This document shows, piece after piece, positions 1 to 9,720 of a stretch of DNA of 64,000 nucleotides (within the stretch, counting starts at the first letter, position 1; each line of letters starts with the position of its first letter). The notes below the pieces were generated by a model that saw only the letters and a list, made by a program, of their open reading frames with translations, was not told the DNA's origin and ran no database searches. The position numbers and the translations under genes were made by a program. Source of the stretch: an uncultured Candidatus Saccharibacteria bacterium (GTDB taxonomy: Bacteria; Patescibacteriota; Minisyncoccia; Phycocordibacterales; UBA2163). The DNA lies in assembly GCA_964626705.1 (NCBI GenBank), contig CAZVGL010000003.1, positions 6,543 to 70,542 on the forward strand. Direction: 5' to 3'.

Positions 1-245
1 TCATTTCGTCGTTCGTCGTGAGCGCCAAGTCTGTGAGGTACGAACAGATGAGCAAAACAAAAAATTTCTTTTCCTTTTTGAAAACATTAAAAACGGGGGC
101 AGAAAACGACGAGACGAGTGAAGAAATTTTTTTGTTTTGGTTAACGAGTGGTAGCGAGGTGGCGCGGAGAGTTACCACGGACGCGGGGCGGAGAGAGTTC
201 GTTGAAGTTACCACGCGCTCGGCGCGTGAGTTAATTATCAGTCTT
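1..245. repeat. GC-rich intergenic element with long imperfect inverted repeat (may extend beyond the window edge)
   Basis: caaaacaaaaaatttctt (53-70) pairs with aagaaatttttttgttttg (121-139); agttaccacg occurs twice; GC well above background. Confidence 0.45.
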
Positions 246-296
246 ATGTTCAAACAGAGTTCGTCCAAAGGCTATTAAAAGGTCACAAATTAAAAT

Positions 297-1592
297 TTAC
301 CGATTTTTCCACTCTTCTTCTTGCCTTACTAAAAGCCTATACTTTCTGTCTGGTTGCGCCATTACTTTCTCCACCACCTTTTCTGTTCTTATAGACTGTG
401 AGCCTTTTATTAAAGTGATGTCATTTTCTGTGATAATTTTTGTAAGTTTGTCTCCTGCTTGTGTTGGGTCACTAAATTGGAAAATATCTTTTTTCTTCAT
501 TTTTGCTTCGTTTGCACCTTGTGCAATATACTTAGAACGGACACCTATAGTGATAAGTATATCAGCAGTTTGTGCTACGAGTTTTCCTATCTTCATATGT
601 TCATCGTGTGAATAGTTCCCAAGTTCCATCATATCTCCAAGCACTACTATTTTTTTGCCGGATGTATTAATATCTTTAACTACTTTCAATGCCTCTGTAA
701 CAGCTGCAGGAGACGCATTATAACTATCATCTATTATTGTCGAGCTATTAATCCCTTCGATCAAACGCATTCTTCCTGGCGCCGACTCGTGTTCCGTAAG
801 TGCTTGTTTCATAGAAACTACATTAAGTCCTTGAGAGATACCAACTGCAAATGCTGAAAGTATAGGATAAATATGCTGTTTACCTAATACTCCCTTAAGT
901 TCTACTGGAATACTATTTCCTCTGTGGTCAACTCTGAAAGTTATTCCAGCTGGTTTGTTGTTTTCATATATAGTGTTTTCATTTGACGCAACGATACTTT
1001 CTCCATCCGTAAAACCATACGTGAACATATTTTTTTCTTTTGCAAACTCTTTCATTCCAGTTACTATTTTGTCGTCACCATTCATCACAAATACACCATC
1101 TTTTTTTAAGGCTTTAACCAAATAGCTTTTTTCTTTTACTACTTCCTCTGGAGAACTAAAGAATTCAACATGTACTGGAACATCAGGTATATGCGTCATC
1201 ACTACTACGTCAGGTTTAAGCCATTCAGATATACTTTCTATATCTTTTGGTTTATCAGCAGCGACCTCAAGTACGAGCAATTTAGGATAATGGTTTTTAA
1301 GTATTATTAGCTTTAGTCCATCAATAATATTTTTAAACCATGAGATAGGATCGTTTAATGCATTAGGAAGTCCTAGGATAGTAAGAGGTATGCCAGTTTC
1401 CGTATTAAAGCTTTTCTCACTTTTACGTACAAAAGATACAGAGCTCAATATTGTATAAATAGCATCTTTAGAAGATGTCTTACCTATGTTGCCAGTTACA
1501 GCAACGATCTTCGGTCTATACTTTTTTAGAACTAACCTTGCTTCTAATGTAAGTAGATAGACTATTATGTTTTTTAAAATTTGTTTTAACAT
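297..1592 (-). CDS. murF: UDP-N-acetylmuramoyl-tripeptide--D-alanyl-D-alanine ligase
   Basis: VTGNIGKTSSK P-loop, DDSYNASP, LGDMMELG, LIKGSQ; dcw context. Confidence 0.9.
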   Translation of the reverse strand: MLKQILKNIIVYLLTLEARLVLKKYRPKIVAVTGNIGKTSSKDAIYTILSSVSFVRKSEKSFNTETGIPLTILGLPNALNDPISWFKNIIDGLKLIILKNHYPKLLVLEVAADKPKDIESISEWLKPDVVVMTHIPDVPVHVEFFSSPEEVVKEKSYLVKALKKDGVFVMNGDDKIVTGMKEFAKEKNMFTYGFTDGESIVASNENTIYENNKPAGITFRVDHRGNSIPVELKGVLGKQHIYPILSAFAVGISQGLNVVSMKQALTEHESAPGRMRLIEGINSSTIIDDSYNASPAAVTEALKVVKDINTSGKKIVVLGDMMELGNYSHDEHMKIGKLVAQTADILITIGVRSKYIAQGANEAKMKKKDIFQFSDPTQAGDKLTKIITENDITLIKGSQSIRTEKVVEKVMAQPDRKYRLLVRQEEEWKNR

Positions 1593-1593
1593 T

Positions 1594-3300
1594 TTATCTA
1601 TCAGGTGGTACTTCGTAATAATTTATTAGAAACTTTACGGTGTCTATAAACGGATGCGTAAGTGTTTGTGAAGCGTATCTCACTTCTTTAGGTTCTACTG
1701 TATATAGAAATATAAGATACTCTGCATCATATGCTGGAAAGTATCCGAAGAATGAATGTAAGAATTTATCTTCATAATAACCACCATCCTGAGAGTCAGC
1801 TATTTGCGCTGTACCTGTCTTTGCAGCAACAGAATAATTATCAAGTTTTACTGTACCATCTAAAAGTGCATCATCTACTACATTTACTAACATCCGTGTG
1901 ACTTCTTCTACGCTACTTTCTTTCAAAACTCGCTCATCTTCGAAAGATACTTTTTTAGAAAGTCCAGATGTATACTTTATCTTCTTTGCCAAATGTGGAG
2001 TTATAAGTTTGCCACCGTTAGCGAGTACGCTGAGAGCTCGAACCGTGCTTATAGGTGTCATGGCTATTCCCTGCCCAAACGATGCAGTAGCATATTCCAA
2101 ATCCCTAGGAGAAGTAAAACTATCCACAAGTCCGGCACTCTCATTTGGAAGGTCGATACCTGTTTCATCACCAATACCAAAGCTAAGCATATAGTCAGCA
2201 AATCTTTTATTACCCATCTCACCTACAACAAATGCAACACCTGTATTAAGAGATTGACTAAGTACTTCTTGCATAGGTACTCTACCGCGACCTTTGCCAT
2301 CATAGTTGGATATTGTATAACCGCTAAGTTCAAGACTGCCTGAATCATAATATGTAGTAGTTGCGGTTACAGCACCTGCATCTACTCCAGCTACCATTGT
2401 AAGTGGTTTTATAATAGAACCCATTTCGTATACACTTTCGACTATTGGATTTGAGAATACCGCAGCACCTTTTTCCATCTGAAATTCATTTACATTGAAG
2501 TTTGGGTATACACCCATTGCGTATATTTCGCCATTGTTAGGGTTAATAATAACGCCGGCTGTAAGTTTTGAATTCCATTCATCATTTATCTCTTTTAATT
2601 TGTTTTCAAGAAACAATTCCACCGACGGTTCTATAGATACGACAACATCGCCAGAGCGATTACCTTTTTTAAATACAGCACTATTTATATTTGCAAAAAT
2701 CTCTGCAAAAAAGTTTACATACATACCATCACTATTGCGTTCTAATACATCATTATAATATCTTTCAAGCCCATATCTTCCAGAGAACTCATCACCTATA
2801 AAACCTACAAAACCAAGTGTCTGTGAAGCTAGTGTTTCCCCAGGGTAGAAACGCCACCTATCTTTATAAATATTCACACCATCTATATCCAAATCTTCTA
2901 TGGCATGTGCCGTTTCTGTATCAACTCGTTTAGCCACCTCCTCATATGGATCATCTTTTTTACCAGCCCTTAAGAAAAAAGTATCCGAATCTATCTCTAT
3001 AAGTTGAGAAAGTTTTTCATAAGTGTCTTCTGCATTTTTTAGATTCTTTGGACTTATTGCAACAGTAAAGCCAGAACGCAATGTAGCACCAGAGACTAGT
3101 CGCCCACCTTTATCATTAAGAAAAATAGATCCTCTGTTGTATAAGTCTTGTCCTGATTTAGTGTATTGTCTGTCAGCATCATTGCTAAAGTCTTCCCCGT
3201 GTATTATTTGCACAAAATAAAGCCGACCAAGTAAAACTATGGCGACTAAAAATACAATGCTTGATATTATACGAATCCTTATTAACAATCCTTGTTCCAT
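1594..3300 (-). CDS. ftsI: Class B penicillin-binding protein (FtsI-like)
   Basis: N-terminal TM; SIIK (SxxK), SLN (SxN), KTGT motifs; follows mraZ-rsmH-ftsL. Confidence 0.85.
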   Translation of the reverse strand: MEQGLLIRIRIISSIVFLVAIVLLGRLYFVQIIHGEDFSNDADRQYTKSGQDLYNRGSIFLNDKGGRLVSGATLRSGFTVAISPKNLKNAEDTYEKLSQLIEIDSDTFFLRAGKKDDPYEEVAKRVDTETAHAIEDLDIDGVNIYKDRWRFYPGETLASQTLGFVGFIGDEFSGRYGLERYYNDVLERNSDGMYVNFFAEIFANINSAVFKKGNRSGDVVVSIEPSVELFLENKLKEINDEWNSKLTAGVIINPNNGEIYAMGVYPNFNVNEFQMEKGAAVFSNPIVESVYEMGSIIKPLTMVAGVDAGAVTATTTYYDSGSLELSGYTISNYDGKGRGRVPMQEVLSQSLNTGVAFVVGEMGNKRFADYMLSFGIGDETGIDLPNESAGLVDSFTSPRDLEYATASFGQGIAMTPISTVRALSVLANGGKLITPHLAKKIKYTSGLSKKVSFEDERVLKESSVEEVTRMLVNVVDDALLDGTVKLDNYSVAAKTGTAQIADSQDGGYYEDKFLHSFFGYFPAYDAEYLIFLYTVEPKEVRYASQTLTHPFIDTVKFLINYYEVPPDR

Positions 3301-3330
3301 TGGCCTATAATAACATACTTAAAAGTGCCT

Positions 3331-3654
3331 CTAATTTTCAAGACTTAATCTAGCAAATGTCTTTCTTGCAACAAATTTCTTTTCTGCTAAGTCTTTAAAA
3401 CCTGCTGCTTTTGCGTATTCTTTATTTATAATATTTTTATGTGCTATATATTCAAACTCAAGCTCACTTATAGCAGAACTTACTACAACAACGTCATTAT
3501 TGATCTCTTCTCTTACTATCACGTTTACTATAGATTTGCTTATGAAATAACCATAAAAGCCCAATAATATGAAAATTATTGCTATTAGGGCAGTAAATGC
3601 TCTTTTTTCAAAAATATTTATTTGTAGTGTTTTAGTTTTCATTATTTTTTTCAA
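3331..3654 (-). CDS. FtsL-like cell division protein (start may be 3642)
   Basis: Single TM plus coiled coil, between rsmH and ftsI. Confidence 0.6.
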   Translation of the reverse strand: MKKIMKTKTLQINIFEKRAFTALIAIIFILLGFYGYFISKSIVNVIVREEINNDVVVVSSAISELEFEYIAHKNIINKEYAKAAGFKDLAEKKFVARKTFARLSLEN

Positions 3655-4531
3655 ATACTCTTAGTTTTGCACTTCTTGAACGTGGGTTTTCTTTAACCTC
3701 GTCTCTACTTGGTGCAATAGGTTTTTTGGTAATAATTGTACCTACTTCATTGTCTTTTTGTTCTTTAAAAAACTGTTTTACTATTCTGTCTTCAAGACTG
3801 TGGAATGAGATTACGGCTAGTCTTCCGTCTTCTGCTAAAGCTTCTATTGCTTTTGGTAATACTTCTTTTAATGCGCCTATTTCGTCGTTTACTGTAATCC
3901 TCAATGCTTGGAAAGTTTTTGTAGCGAAATGAGTTTTCTTGTGTTTGTACCAGCTTGGAAGTGCTTCACCTATTACGTCTACAAAGTCTTGTGTAGTCTT
4001 TATGGGTTTCTTTTTTCTTAATTCGACAATCTTCTGTGCAATCTGTCTTGAGAATGTCTCCTCTCCGTATCCATAGATGATGTCTGCAATATTTTCTTTA
4101 TCCCATTGGTTTACTATTTCTTTTGCTGTTAGATCTTTCTCGGTCGGATTATCTTTCAATGTCATTAATAGAGGTTCATCTTTTTGAAAGCTCAGTCCCC
4201 TTTTTGATTCGTCCATTTGGTCTGAGCTGAATCCAAGGTCAAGCAGTATCGCATCTACTTTTTCAATACCTGCTTTCTCTAAGACTTTATCTAGGTTTCT
4301 AAAACTTTCTTTATGCAATATGATTTTGCAGTCTTCATTTTTTAGATTATTTTCTGCTTCATCAAGCGCTTTCTGGTCAAGGTCTATTCCTATAAGTGTT
4401 CCTTCTTTTCCAATCAATTTACATATCTCTTTTGAATGACCTCCTCGATTTATTGTGCCATCGACTACCGCATCTCCTTTTTGGAGATTTAGTAAATCGA
4501 TAACTTCTTTTAAAAGAACCGGAATATGCAT
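3632..4531 (-). CDS. rsmH: 16S rRNA m4C1402 methyltransferase
   Basis: MHIPVLL, DLGFSSDQ, FQALRI, SFHSLEDRIVK, NPRSRSAKLR. Confidence 0.97.
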   Translation of the reverse strand: MHIPVLLKEVIDLLNLQKGDAVVDGTINRGGHSKEICKLIGKEGTLIGIDLDQKALDEAENNLKNEDCKIILHKESFRNLDKVLEKAGIEKVDAILLDLGFSSDQMDESKRGLSFQKDEPLLMTLKDNPTEKDLTAKEIVNQWDKENIADIIYGYGEETFSRQIAQKIVELRKKKPIKTTQDFVDVIGEALPSWYKHKKTHFATKTFQALRITVNDEIGALKEVLPKAIEALAEDGRLAVISFHSLEDRIVKQFFKEQKDNEVGTIITKKPIAPSRDEVKENPRSRSAKLRVFEKNNEN

Positions 4532-4534
4532 GAC

Positions 4535-4969
4535 TTAAACTATTCCTATCTCACCAAGCTTCTCTGCCATAGAGTCAGCTTGTCTCTCCATCTTTTTCTT
4601 GTATTCATCCCATCTCTTTTCATCCCATATTTCTATCCTTGTCTGCACCCCTGCAAGTACTACTTTATCTTTAAGAGATGCAAAGTCCCGCAAGTATTCT
4701 GGGACCAAGATTCTTCCTAATGAATCTATAGCAGCTTCTACTGCACCTGAAAGAATAAATCGGTTGAAACCCCTTGTGTCAGATTGTCCCATAGGAAGTT
4801 CCGCTAGCTTTTCTGAAATTTTCTTCCATTCGTTGATCGGATAAATAAACAAACAATTATCTAGTCCACGAGTTACAACTACTTTTTTCCCAAGCTCTTT
4901 TCGAAACTTTGACGGAAGTGAAAGTCGTTTCTTTGGGTCAATTGTATGAGTATATTCGCCGATTAACAT
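4535..4969 (-). CDS. mraZ: Transcriptional regulator MraZ
   Basis: IDPKKRLSLPSKFR and DSLGRILVP repeats; upstream of rsmH. Confidence 0.97.
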   Translation of the reverse strand: MLIGEYTHTIDPKKRLSLPSKFRKELGKKVVVTRGLDNCLFIYPINEWKKISEKLAELPMGQSDTRGFNRFILSGAVEAAIDSLGRILVPEYLRDFASLKDKVVLAGVQTRIEIWDEKRWDEYKKKMERQADSMAEKLGEIGIV

Positions 4970-5076
4970 ATAGATTTTTTGTAGTGTTTATGTTCGCCCT
5001 CCTAAGTTTTCGTATTACCAAGACTTAGGAGGGCGTCCAAAGAATATGTAGTATGGTAAACCAGATTCTTTGAATT

Positions 5077-5144
5077 CCCACTTCATACCACTACCATAGT
5101 ATTATATAACACTTCATACCACCTTATCAATATAGTTATCCACA
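5077..5144 (-). promoter_or_regulatory. mraZ promoter with GTGG direct repeats (probable MraZ operator) and adjacent DnaA box
   Basis: Minus-strand TTGATA (5125-5130) and TATAAT (5101-5106); 13-bp repeat cacttcataccac at 5079-5091 and 5110-5122; ttatccaca at 5136-5144. Confidence 0.7.
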
Positions 5145-5148
5145 TAAA

Positions 5149-5171
5149 AAAACGAGATATTATCTCGTTTT
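5149..5171. terminator. Hairpin/terminator after lysS
   Basis: aaaacgagata-t-tatctcgtttt. Confidence 0.6.
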
Positions 5172-5194
5172 CTAGTCGACTTTCTTAGATATTC

Positions 5195-6610
5195 TTACTT
5201 TTTCTTCATTAGTGGGAATTCTATAATCTCACGTAGATTTGCAGCTCCTGTGAGTATCATTACAAGCCTATCGATACCCATACCAAGTCCTGCAGTAGGT
5301 GGCATAGCATGTTCAAGTGCTTCTATAAAGTCTTTATCGTATTCTTGTACTTCTTTGTCACCTTTTTTCTTCATCTCCATCTGTGACTCGAAACGTCCTG
5401 CTTGTTCTATAGGGTCATTAAGCTCAGAAAAGCCGTTCACAAGCTCTACGCCATCTATTACAAGTAAGAAACGAGCAGTTTTGTCTTTGTCGTCTTCGAG
5501 CTGTTTTGAGAGTGGAGAAATATCAGTTGGTATTTTCGTAAAGAACGTTGGTTCTTTTATATTTATTCGTATTAATTTTTTATATATCTCATCTGCGATC
5601 TTGCCTTTTGAAAGATATGGAGCGACATCTATATCGTTTTCTTTTGCAAACTTTGCAAAATCTTCTTGTGAGTTTTTACTGTAGTCCAGACCTGTTTTTT
5701 CTTTTATAGCTTCACTAAATTCAATCCTTTGCCACTTACCTTCAGGAAGTGGGTTATTAGTTTCTTTTGAAACTTTTTTAAGTAAATCTTCTATAAATTC
5801 CATAAGTCCTTCCCAGTCTTGATAAGTATAATAAAGCTCCATCATCGTAAACTCTGGATTATGTTCACGATCTATACCTTCATTTCTAAATATCGGACCT
5901 ATTTCATATATTTTTTCAAAACCGCCTATAAGAAGTCGTTTTAGATAAAGTTCAGGTGCTATGCGTAAGAATAGCTCCATATCAAGTGTCTCAAGATGAG
6001 TTTTGAAAGGCTTTGCCATAGTACCTCCAGCGAGTGGCTGAAGTATTGGTGTAGTCACTTCTGTAAAATCTTTTTCTTCAAGATAGTTTCTTATAGCTCT
6101 TATTATCTTTGTTTTTTGAACTAATTGTGCTTTTGCCTCAGGGTTCAATGAAATATCAAGATATCTTTTTCTAAATTTTTCTTCTTTGTCTTTTATACCA
6201 AAATGCTCTGTCGGCCATGGGGCGATGCTTTTTGAAAGAAATATTACTTCAGAAGCACTGATACTTTGTTGCCCTGCTTTTGTAAGATATGGTTTTCCTT
6301 TTATCTCTAAAATATCGCCTACACCAAGTGTCTCAGAAAAAAGATCAAAATTCTCAAGAGTATCTTTTTGGAAAAATATTTGTATCTTTCCTGACTCATC
6401 TTCTATATCTGCAAAACCTATTTTGCCGTGCCAACGAGTAGAACGAACCCTACCAGCTATAATTGCTTCTTTGCCATCATCAAAATTCGCCACAAAATCC
6501 GCAATATCGGTATCGCGATTACTTTTTGCAGGGTATGGGTTTATCCCAGCATCCTGTAGGGTCTTAAGTTTATGTAGGCTTTCTTCTCTAAGTTGGCTTA
6601 TCTTTTCCAT
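5195..6610 (-). CDS. lysS: Lysine--tRNA ligase (class II)
   Basis: OB fold, LRIAPELYLKRL, FRNEGID-HNPEF, GMGIDRL; start moved to MEKIS (6610). Confidence 0.97.
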   Translation of the reverse strand: MEKISQLREESLHKLKTLQDAGINPYPAKSNRDTDIADFVANFDDGKEAIIAGRVRSTRWHGKIGFADIEDESGKIQIFFQKDTLENFDLFSETLGVGDILEIKGKPYLTKAGQQSISASEVIFLSKSIAPWPTEHFGIKDKEEKFRKRYLDISLNPEAKAQLVQKTKIIRAIRNYLEEKDFTEVTTPILQPLAGGTMAKPFKTHLETLDMELFLRIAPELYLKRLLIGGFEKIYEIGPIFRNEGIDREHNPEFTMMELYYTYQDWEGLMEFIEDLLKKVSKETNNPLPEGKWQRIEFSEAIKEKTGLDYSKNSQEDFAKFAKENDIDVAPYLSKGKIADEIYKKLIRINIKEPTFFTKIPTDISPLSKQLEDDKDKTARFLLVIDGVELVNGFSELNDPIEQAGRFESQMEMKKKGDKEVQEYDKDFIEALEHAMPPTAGLGMGIDRLVMILTGAANLREIIEFPLMKKK

Positions 6611-6719
6611 ATTTATTAATGATAGCATAAATAAATCAAATCTTAATAGTGCTTTGACTAAGTAGATAAATTATAGTATTCTTTTTTTAGAAACTTTTGC
6701 TAAAATTTTAGGAGAAAAA

Positions 6720-6869
6720 ATGATAGGTCGCAATTCACAAAAAGGAGTATTTACAAAATTTATTATCATTGTTGTTGCAACATTGGCGCTCATTATTACA
6801 ATTCCATTTTCTAATAGAAAGAAGAAGGACAATAAGACACGAAAACCACCTCCATTAATTAAAATTTAA
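6720..6869 (+). CDS. Unannotated 49-aa single-TM protein with prepilin-like QKG leader
   Basis: MIGRNSQKGVFTKFIIIVVATLALIITIPFSNRKKKDNKTRKPPPLIKI; AGGAG SD; TTGACT-17-TATTCT promoter at 6654-6682; hairpin cctccattaa/ttaatggagg at the end. Confidence 0.55.
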   Translation: MIGRNSQKGVFTKFIIIVVATLALIITIPFSNRKKKDNKTRKPPPLIKI

Positions 6870-6892
6870 TGGAGGGTTTTATTTTTTTATTG

Positions 6893-7510
6893 TTATAAAA
6901 TAAGTGGTACAAATTCAAATCTTTCAAATTTTTTTATCTCAGTATCTGTATCTGAGGTTTTTTTAACTTGCCATATATTATCATATACAGGTATTACCAT
7001 CGTTCCACCAACTTTTAATTGTTCGAGTAATTCTTTCGGTAGTTCTTTTGCTGCAGCAGAAACTAATATCTTGTCGTACAATGCCTCTTTTGGATATCCA
7101 AGTTCTTTACCTGCTTGTACTATTTCAGCATTTTTAAGATCATATTTTTCTATATTCTCTTGCCCTAGCTTTACAAGCTCTAAGACTTTTTCTACTCCTA
7201 TAACATTACCTTTCTTCCCTACGATATGAGACAAAAGTGCCGTAGTCCAGCCAGATCCAGAACCTACATCAAGGACATTGTCTCCTTCTTGTGGGTCAAG
7301 AAGCTCAAACATAAAGGCTACAGTTGTTGGTTGTGATATTGTTTGTTCGTGCCCGATAGGAAGTGCATAGTCTTCGTATACTTCTTCTATATAGTCTGTC
7401 GATACAAAATCCTTTCTATCTATAGCAACAAAAGCATTCTTATGTGTTTTGTCTTGCAGTACTTGCGTACCTTTTTCTAGATGATCTATTAATTCTTCTT
7501 TAGTAAACAT
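6893..7510 (-). CDS. pcm: Protein-L-isoaspartate O-methyltransferase
   Basis: QTISQP, VLDVGSGSGWT, YDKILVSAAA, QLKVGG, FVPL. Confidence 0.93.
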   Translation of the reverse strand: MFTKEELIDHLEKGTQVLQDKTHKNAFVAIDRKDFVSTDYIEEVYEDYALPIGHEQTISQPTTVAFMFELLDPQEGDNVLDVGSGSGWTTALLSHIVGKKGNVIGVEKVLELVKLGQENIEKYDLKNAEIVQAGKELGYPKEALYDKILVSAAAKELPKELLEQLKVGGTMVIPVYDNIWQVKKTSDTDTEIKKFERFEFVPLIL

Positions 7511-7521
7511 ATTTTTTAAAT

Positions 7522-8331
7522 TTAGAAAAGTTTTCCTGATTTTTTTTCTTCAGCTTTTGCTTCCAAATGTCTTTCAAGGAGGATTTTACCTGCCGTTTCT
7601 CTATACGGACAATAATTACATTCCTCGCCTTTTGGTGGTAATTTTTCACTAACTAATGTTTCTTTTATTTCTTCAAGGGTTTTGTCGATCCATTTATCAG
7701 AACCTGTATATGGAATAACTTTAATATCAAACTCAAGTTTTCCATCAAACGCTTCTCTATCTGTAATGCCATTTGCGTATATAAAGTATCCAGTATCAGA
7801 AACTTTAAAATCATTACACCTAAAAAGCCACTGGTACACCTCCATCTGTCTTTTGTATGAATCTTGCCAATCTGCATCTAAACTCACCTCTCCATCTTTA
7901 CTTGTAGCTTTATAGTCTACGATTATAAGCTCACCCTGTGGATTAACCCATACATCATCAATACCACCTCTTATTATTAGGTTAGTCTTCTTGTGCAAAC
8001 ACGATACACCTCGTCTAAGTGCATCTCTCCATTCTTCCATTTTCTCATGTTTGAAAGGTATTGCATCTATACCATATTCTTTTGCAAGCGGGTGCACTGT
8101 TTGCTCCTCTCTGTGTATATCAAACTCTTTCTTCATCAAATAATCAACAGCATTGTTTAAGTTAAATGGAAATGAAGGCGGACGTCCGACACCTATCCTT
8201 TGGTCAAGGTAAAAACACCGTGGACACTCTTTAAATAACTCTATTTTTGACCGACTTATTCTGTGAGGCTCTTTTGATTCAGGCTTAAAAAGATACCGGC
8301 TACTTTTTTTTGGATTGTAATATTGTCCCAT
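7522..8331 (-). CDS. PD-(D/E)XK nuclease family protein (RecB/Cas4-like)
   Basis: CPRCFY; GGIDD...IVDYK; QMEVY; C-terminal CNYCPY; start moved to MGQYY. Confidence 0.85.
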   Translation of the reverse strand: MGQYYNPKKSSRYLFKPESKEPHRISRSKIELFKECPRCFYLDQRIGVGRPPSFPFNLNNAVDYLMKKEFDIHREEQTVHPLAKEYGIDAIPFKHEKMEEWRDALRRGVSCLHKKTNLIIRGGIDDVWVNPQGELIIVDYKATSKDGEVSLDADWQDSYKRQMEVYQWLFRCNDFKVSDTGYFIYANGITDREAFDGKLEFDIKVIPYTGSDKWIDKTLEEIKETLVSEKLPPKGEECNYCPYRETAGKILLERHLEAKAEEKKSGKLF

Positions 8332-8390
8332 AATTTGCTTAGTATAACATACAAAAATACTCACTTTAAAATGTGAGTATTTTTGTATGT

Positions 8391-9677
8391 TTATTCAAGG
8401 TTCTTTTCTATCTTTATCTTCCCTATTTTATCTGGGAATGATCTTTTCCAGAATGGTCGTAACGTTGCCTCTGCCTTATCAATACTTGGATATCCAGAAA
8501 GTACTGTTGTAAGTGCAGCCTTTGCTCTACCTGCTAGGTCTTCTTTTAGCTTATCCTCATCAAACGTCCATACTATATGAGCATTACCACTTACTGTAAA
8601 TTCAAATTCTTCTTCTTCCCATGGTCGAGAATCTTTTTTATCAGACACTGCAATGTTTAAAGTAGATACATCTAAGATCTCAACTGACTCTTCGTCAAAT
8701 GCCGCTACAGTGTTTTGTGCAATATGGCTTGCGAACTTTTCTTTATTAAATAATACTCCATAAAGTGTAGCTTTTTCTTTTATTTCTACTTTATCTCCAT
8801 TTTCTACACTTGGTTCTGATTCAAATTCTACAAATATTGTATCTTCAAAAAGATAGAATTCATCTGGTTTTTGAGAAGATGCTTCATTCATTAGCTGTGC
8901 TCTAAGGTCTGCATGTATTACTTCTTTTGCTTTAGCTAGATCTTCTTTACTTGCTGTTAGTTTTTCTCCTACAAAACCTCCTGTCATTGAGGTTTTTGAT
9001 CTTGCATAAAAACCATCAAATCGTGGAGACCCTTTGAATCCCGGAATTATAAAATCCTTAAGACCTACATTATATTTATCTCCTGCTTCATCTGCATATA
9101 CCGTTACTTCTATACTTCCAGGCACTGTCTCCCCACCTTCTTTACTCTGACCAGGTACGACTATTGATTTGTTTATACGATATGTGAGTCCTTCTGGAGT
9201 TTCAAAACGAGTATTTTTTATAAGCCTTTGACTTGATGTATTAAAGTCGTTAAATACAACAATCTTTCCGGACGCTTTTTCCTCTATCTCTTCTCGGCCT
9301 GTCGCTGGAACACTCTTCGAATCAGATTTCTCTATAGTCATAATCTCATAAGGTACATCTCCTACATCGGCTCTTATTGCTGCACTAAAATTAGCTTCGA
9401 CAAGTGTTTTGCTTTGTTTGGGTGTAATACTTACTTTTGCACCAGAAAAAAGAAGTGAAAATGCAAGTATAAGTATGATAACCACGATAATGGCTACAAA
9501 CCATAATGCAAAACGTGATGAACCTCTTTTCCTTGTAGTATTATCATATACAGGTTCATAATCCTCTTCTACTTCCCTAGCTCTAGTAGGTTCAGGTCTT
9601 TTTGTATGTGAATTTTTTATATTTCGTATTGACCTTTTTTCAGGTGGTACAATATCTTCAATTGTTTTTTTAGGCAT
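8391..9677 (-). CDS. Single-pass membrane protein with baseplate-J-like extracellular region
   Basis: One TM followed by KASGKIVVFN...TRF...VYADEAGDKYN...MTGG pattern. Confidence 0.55.
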   Translation of the reverse strand: MPKKTIEDIVPPEKRSIRNIKNSHTKRPEPTRAREVEEDYEPVYDNTTRKRGSSRFALWFVAIIVVIILILAFSLLFSGAKVSITPKQSKTLVEANFSAAIRADVGDVPYEIMTIEKSDSKSVPATGREEIEEKASGKIVVFNDFNTSSQRLIKNTRFETPEGLTYRINKSIVVPGQSKEGGETVPGSIEVTVYADEAGDKYNVGLKDFIIPGFKGSPRFDGFYARSKTSMTGGFVGEKLTASKEDLAKAKEVIHADLRAQLMNEASSQKPDEFYLFEDTIFVEFESEPSVENGDKVEIKEKATLYGVLFNKEKFASHIAQNTVAAFDEESVEILDVSTLNIAVSDKKDSRPWEEEEFEFTVSGNAHIVWTFDEDKLKEDLAGRAKAALTTVLSGYPSIDKAEATLRPFWKRSFPDKIGKIKIEKNLE

Positions 9678-9720
9678 ATTAGTTTTATTATTTATTCGTG
9701 ATTATATAATACCACTTAGA

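Noticed and set aside
18-278. 86-aa plus-strand ORF
   Set aside because: Overlies the inverted-repeat element; no SD or recognisable motif
7522-8331. CRISPR-Cas locus suggested by the Cas4-like gene
   Set aside because: No regularly spaced repeats and no cas1/cas2 or effector genes in the window
8391-9677. Prophage suggested by the baseplate-like protein
   Set aside because: No capsid, terminase, tail or integrase genes; the protein is membrane-anchored among housekeeping genes
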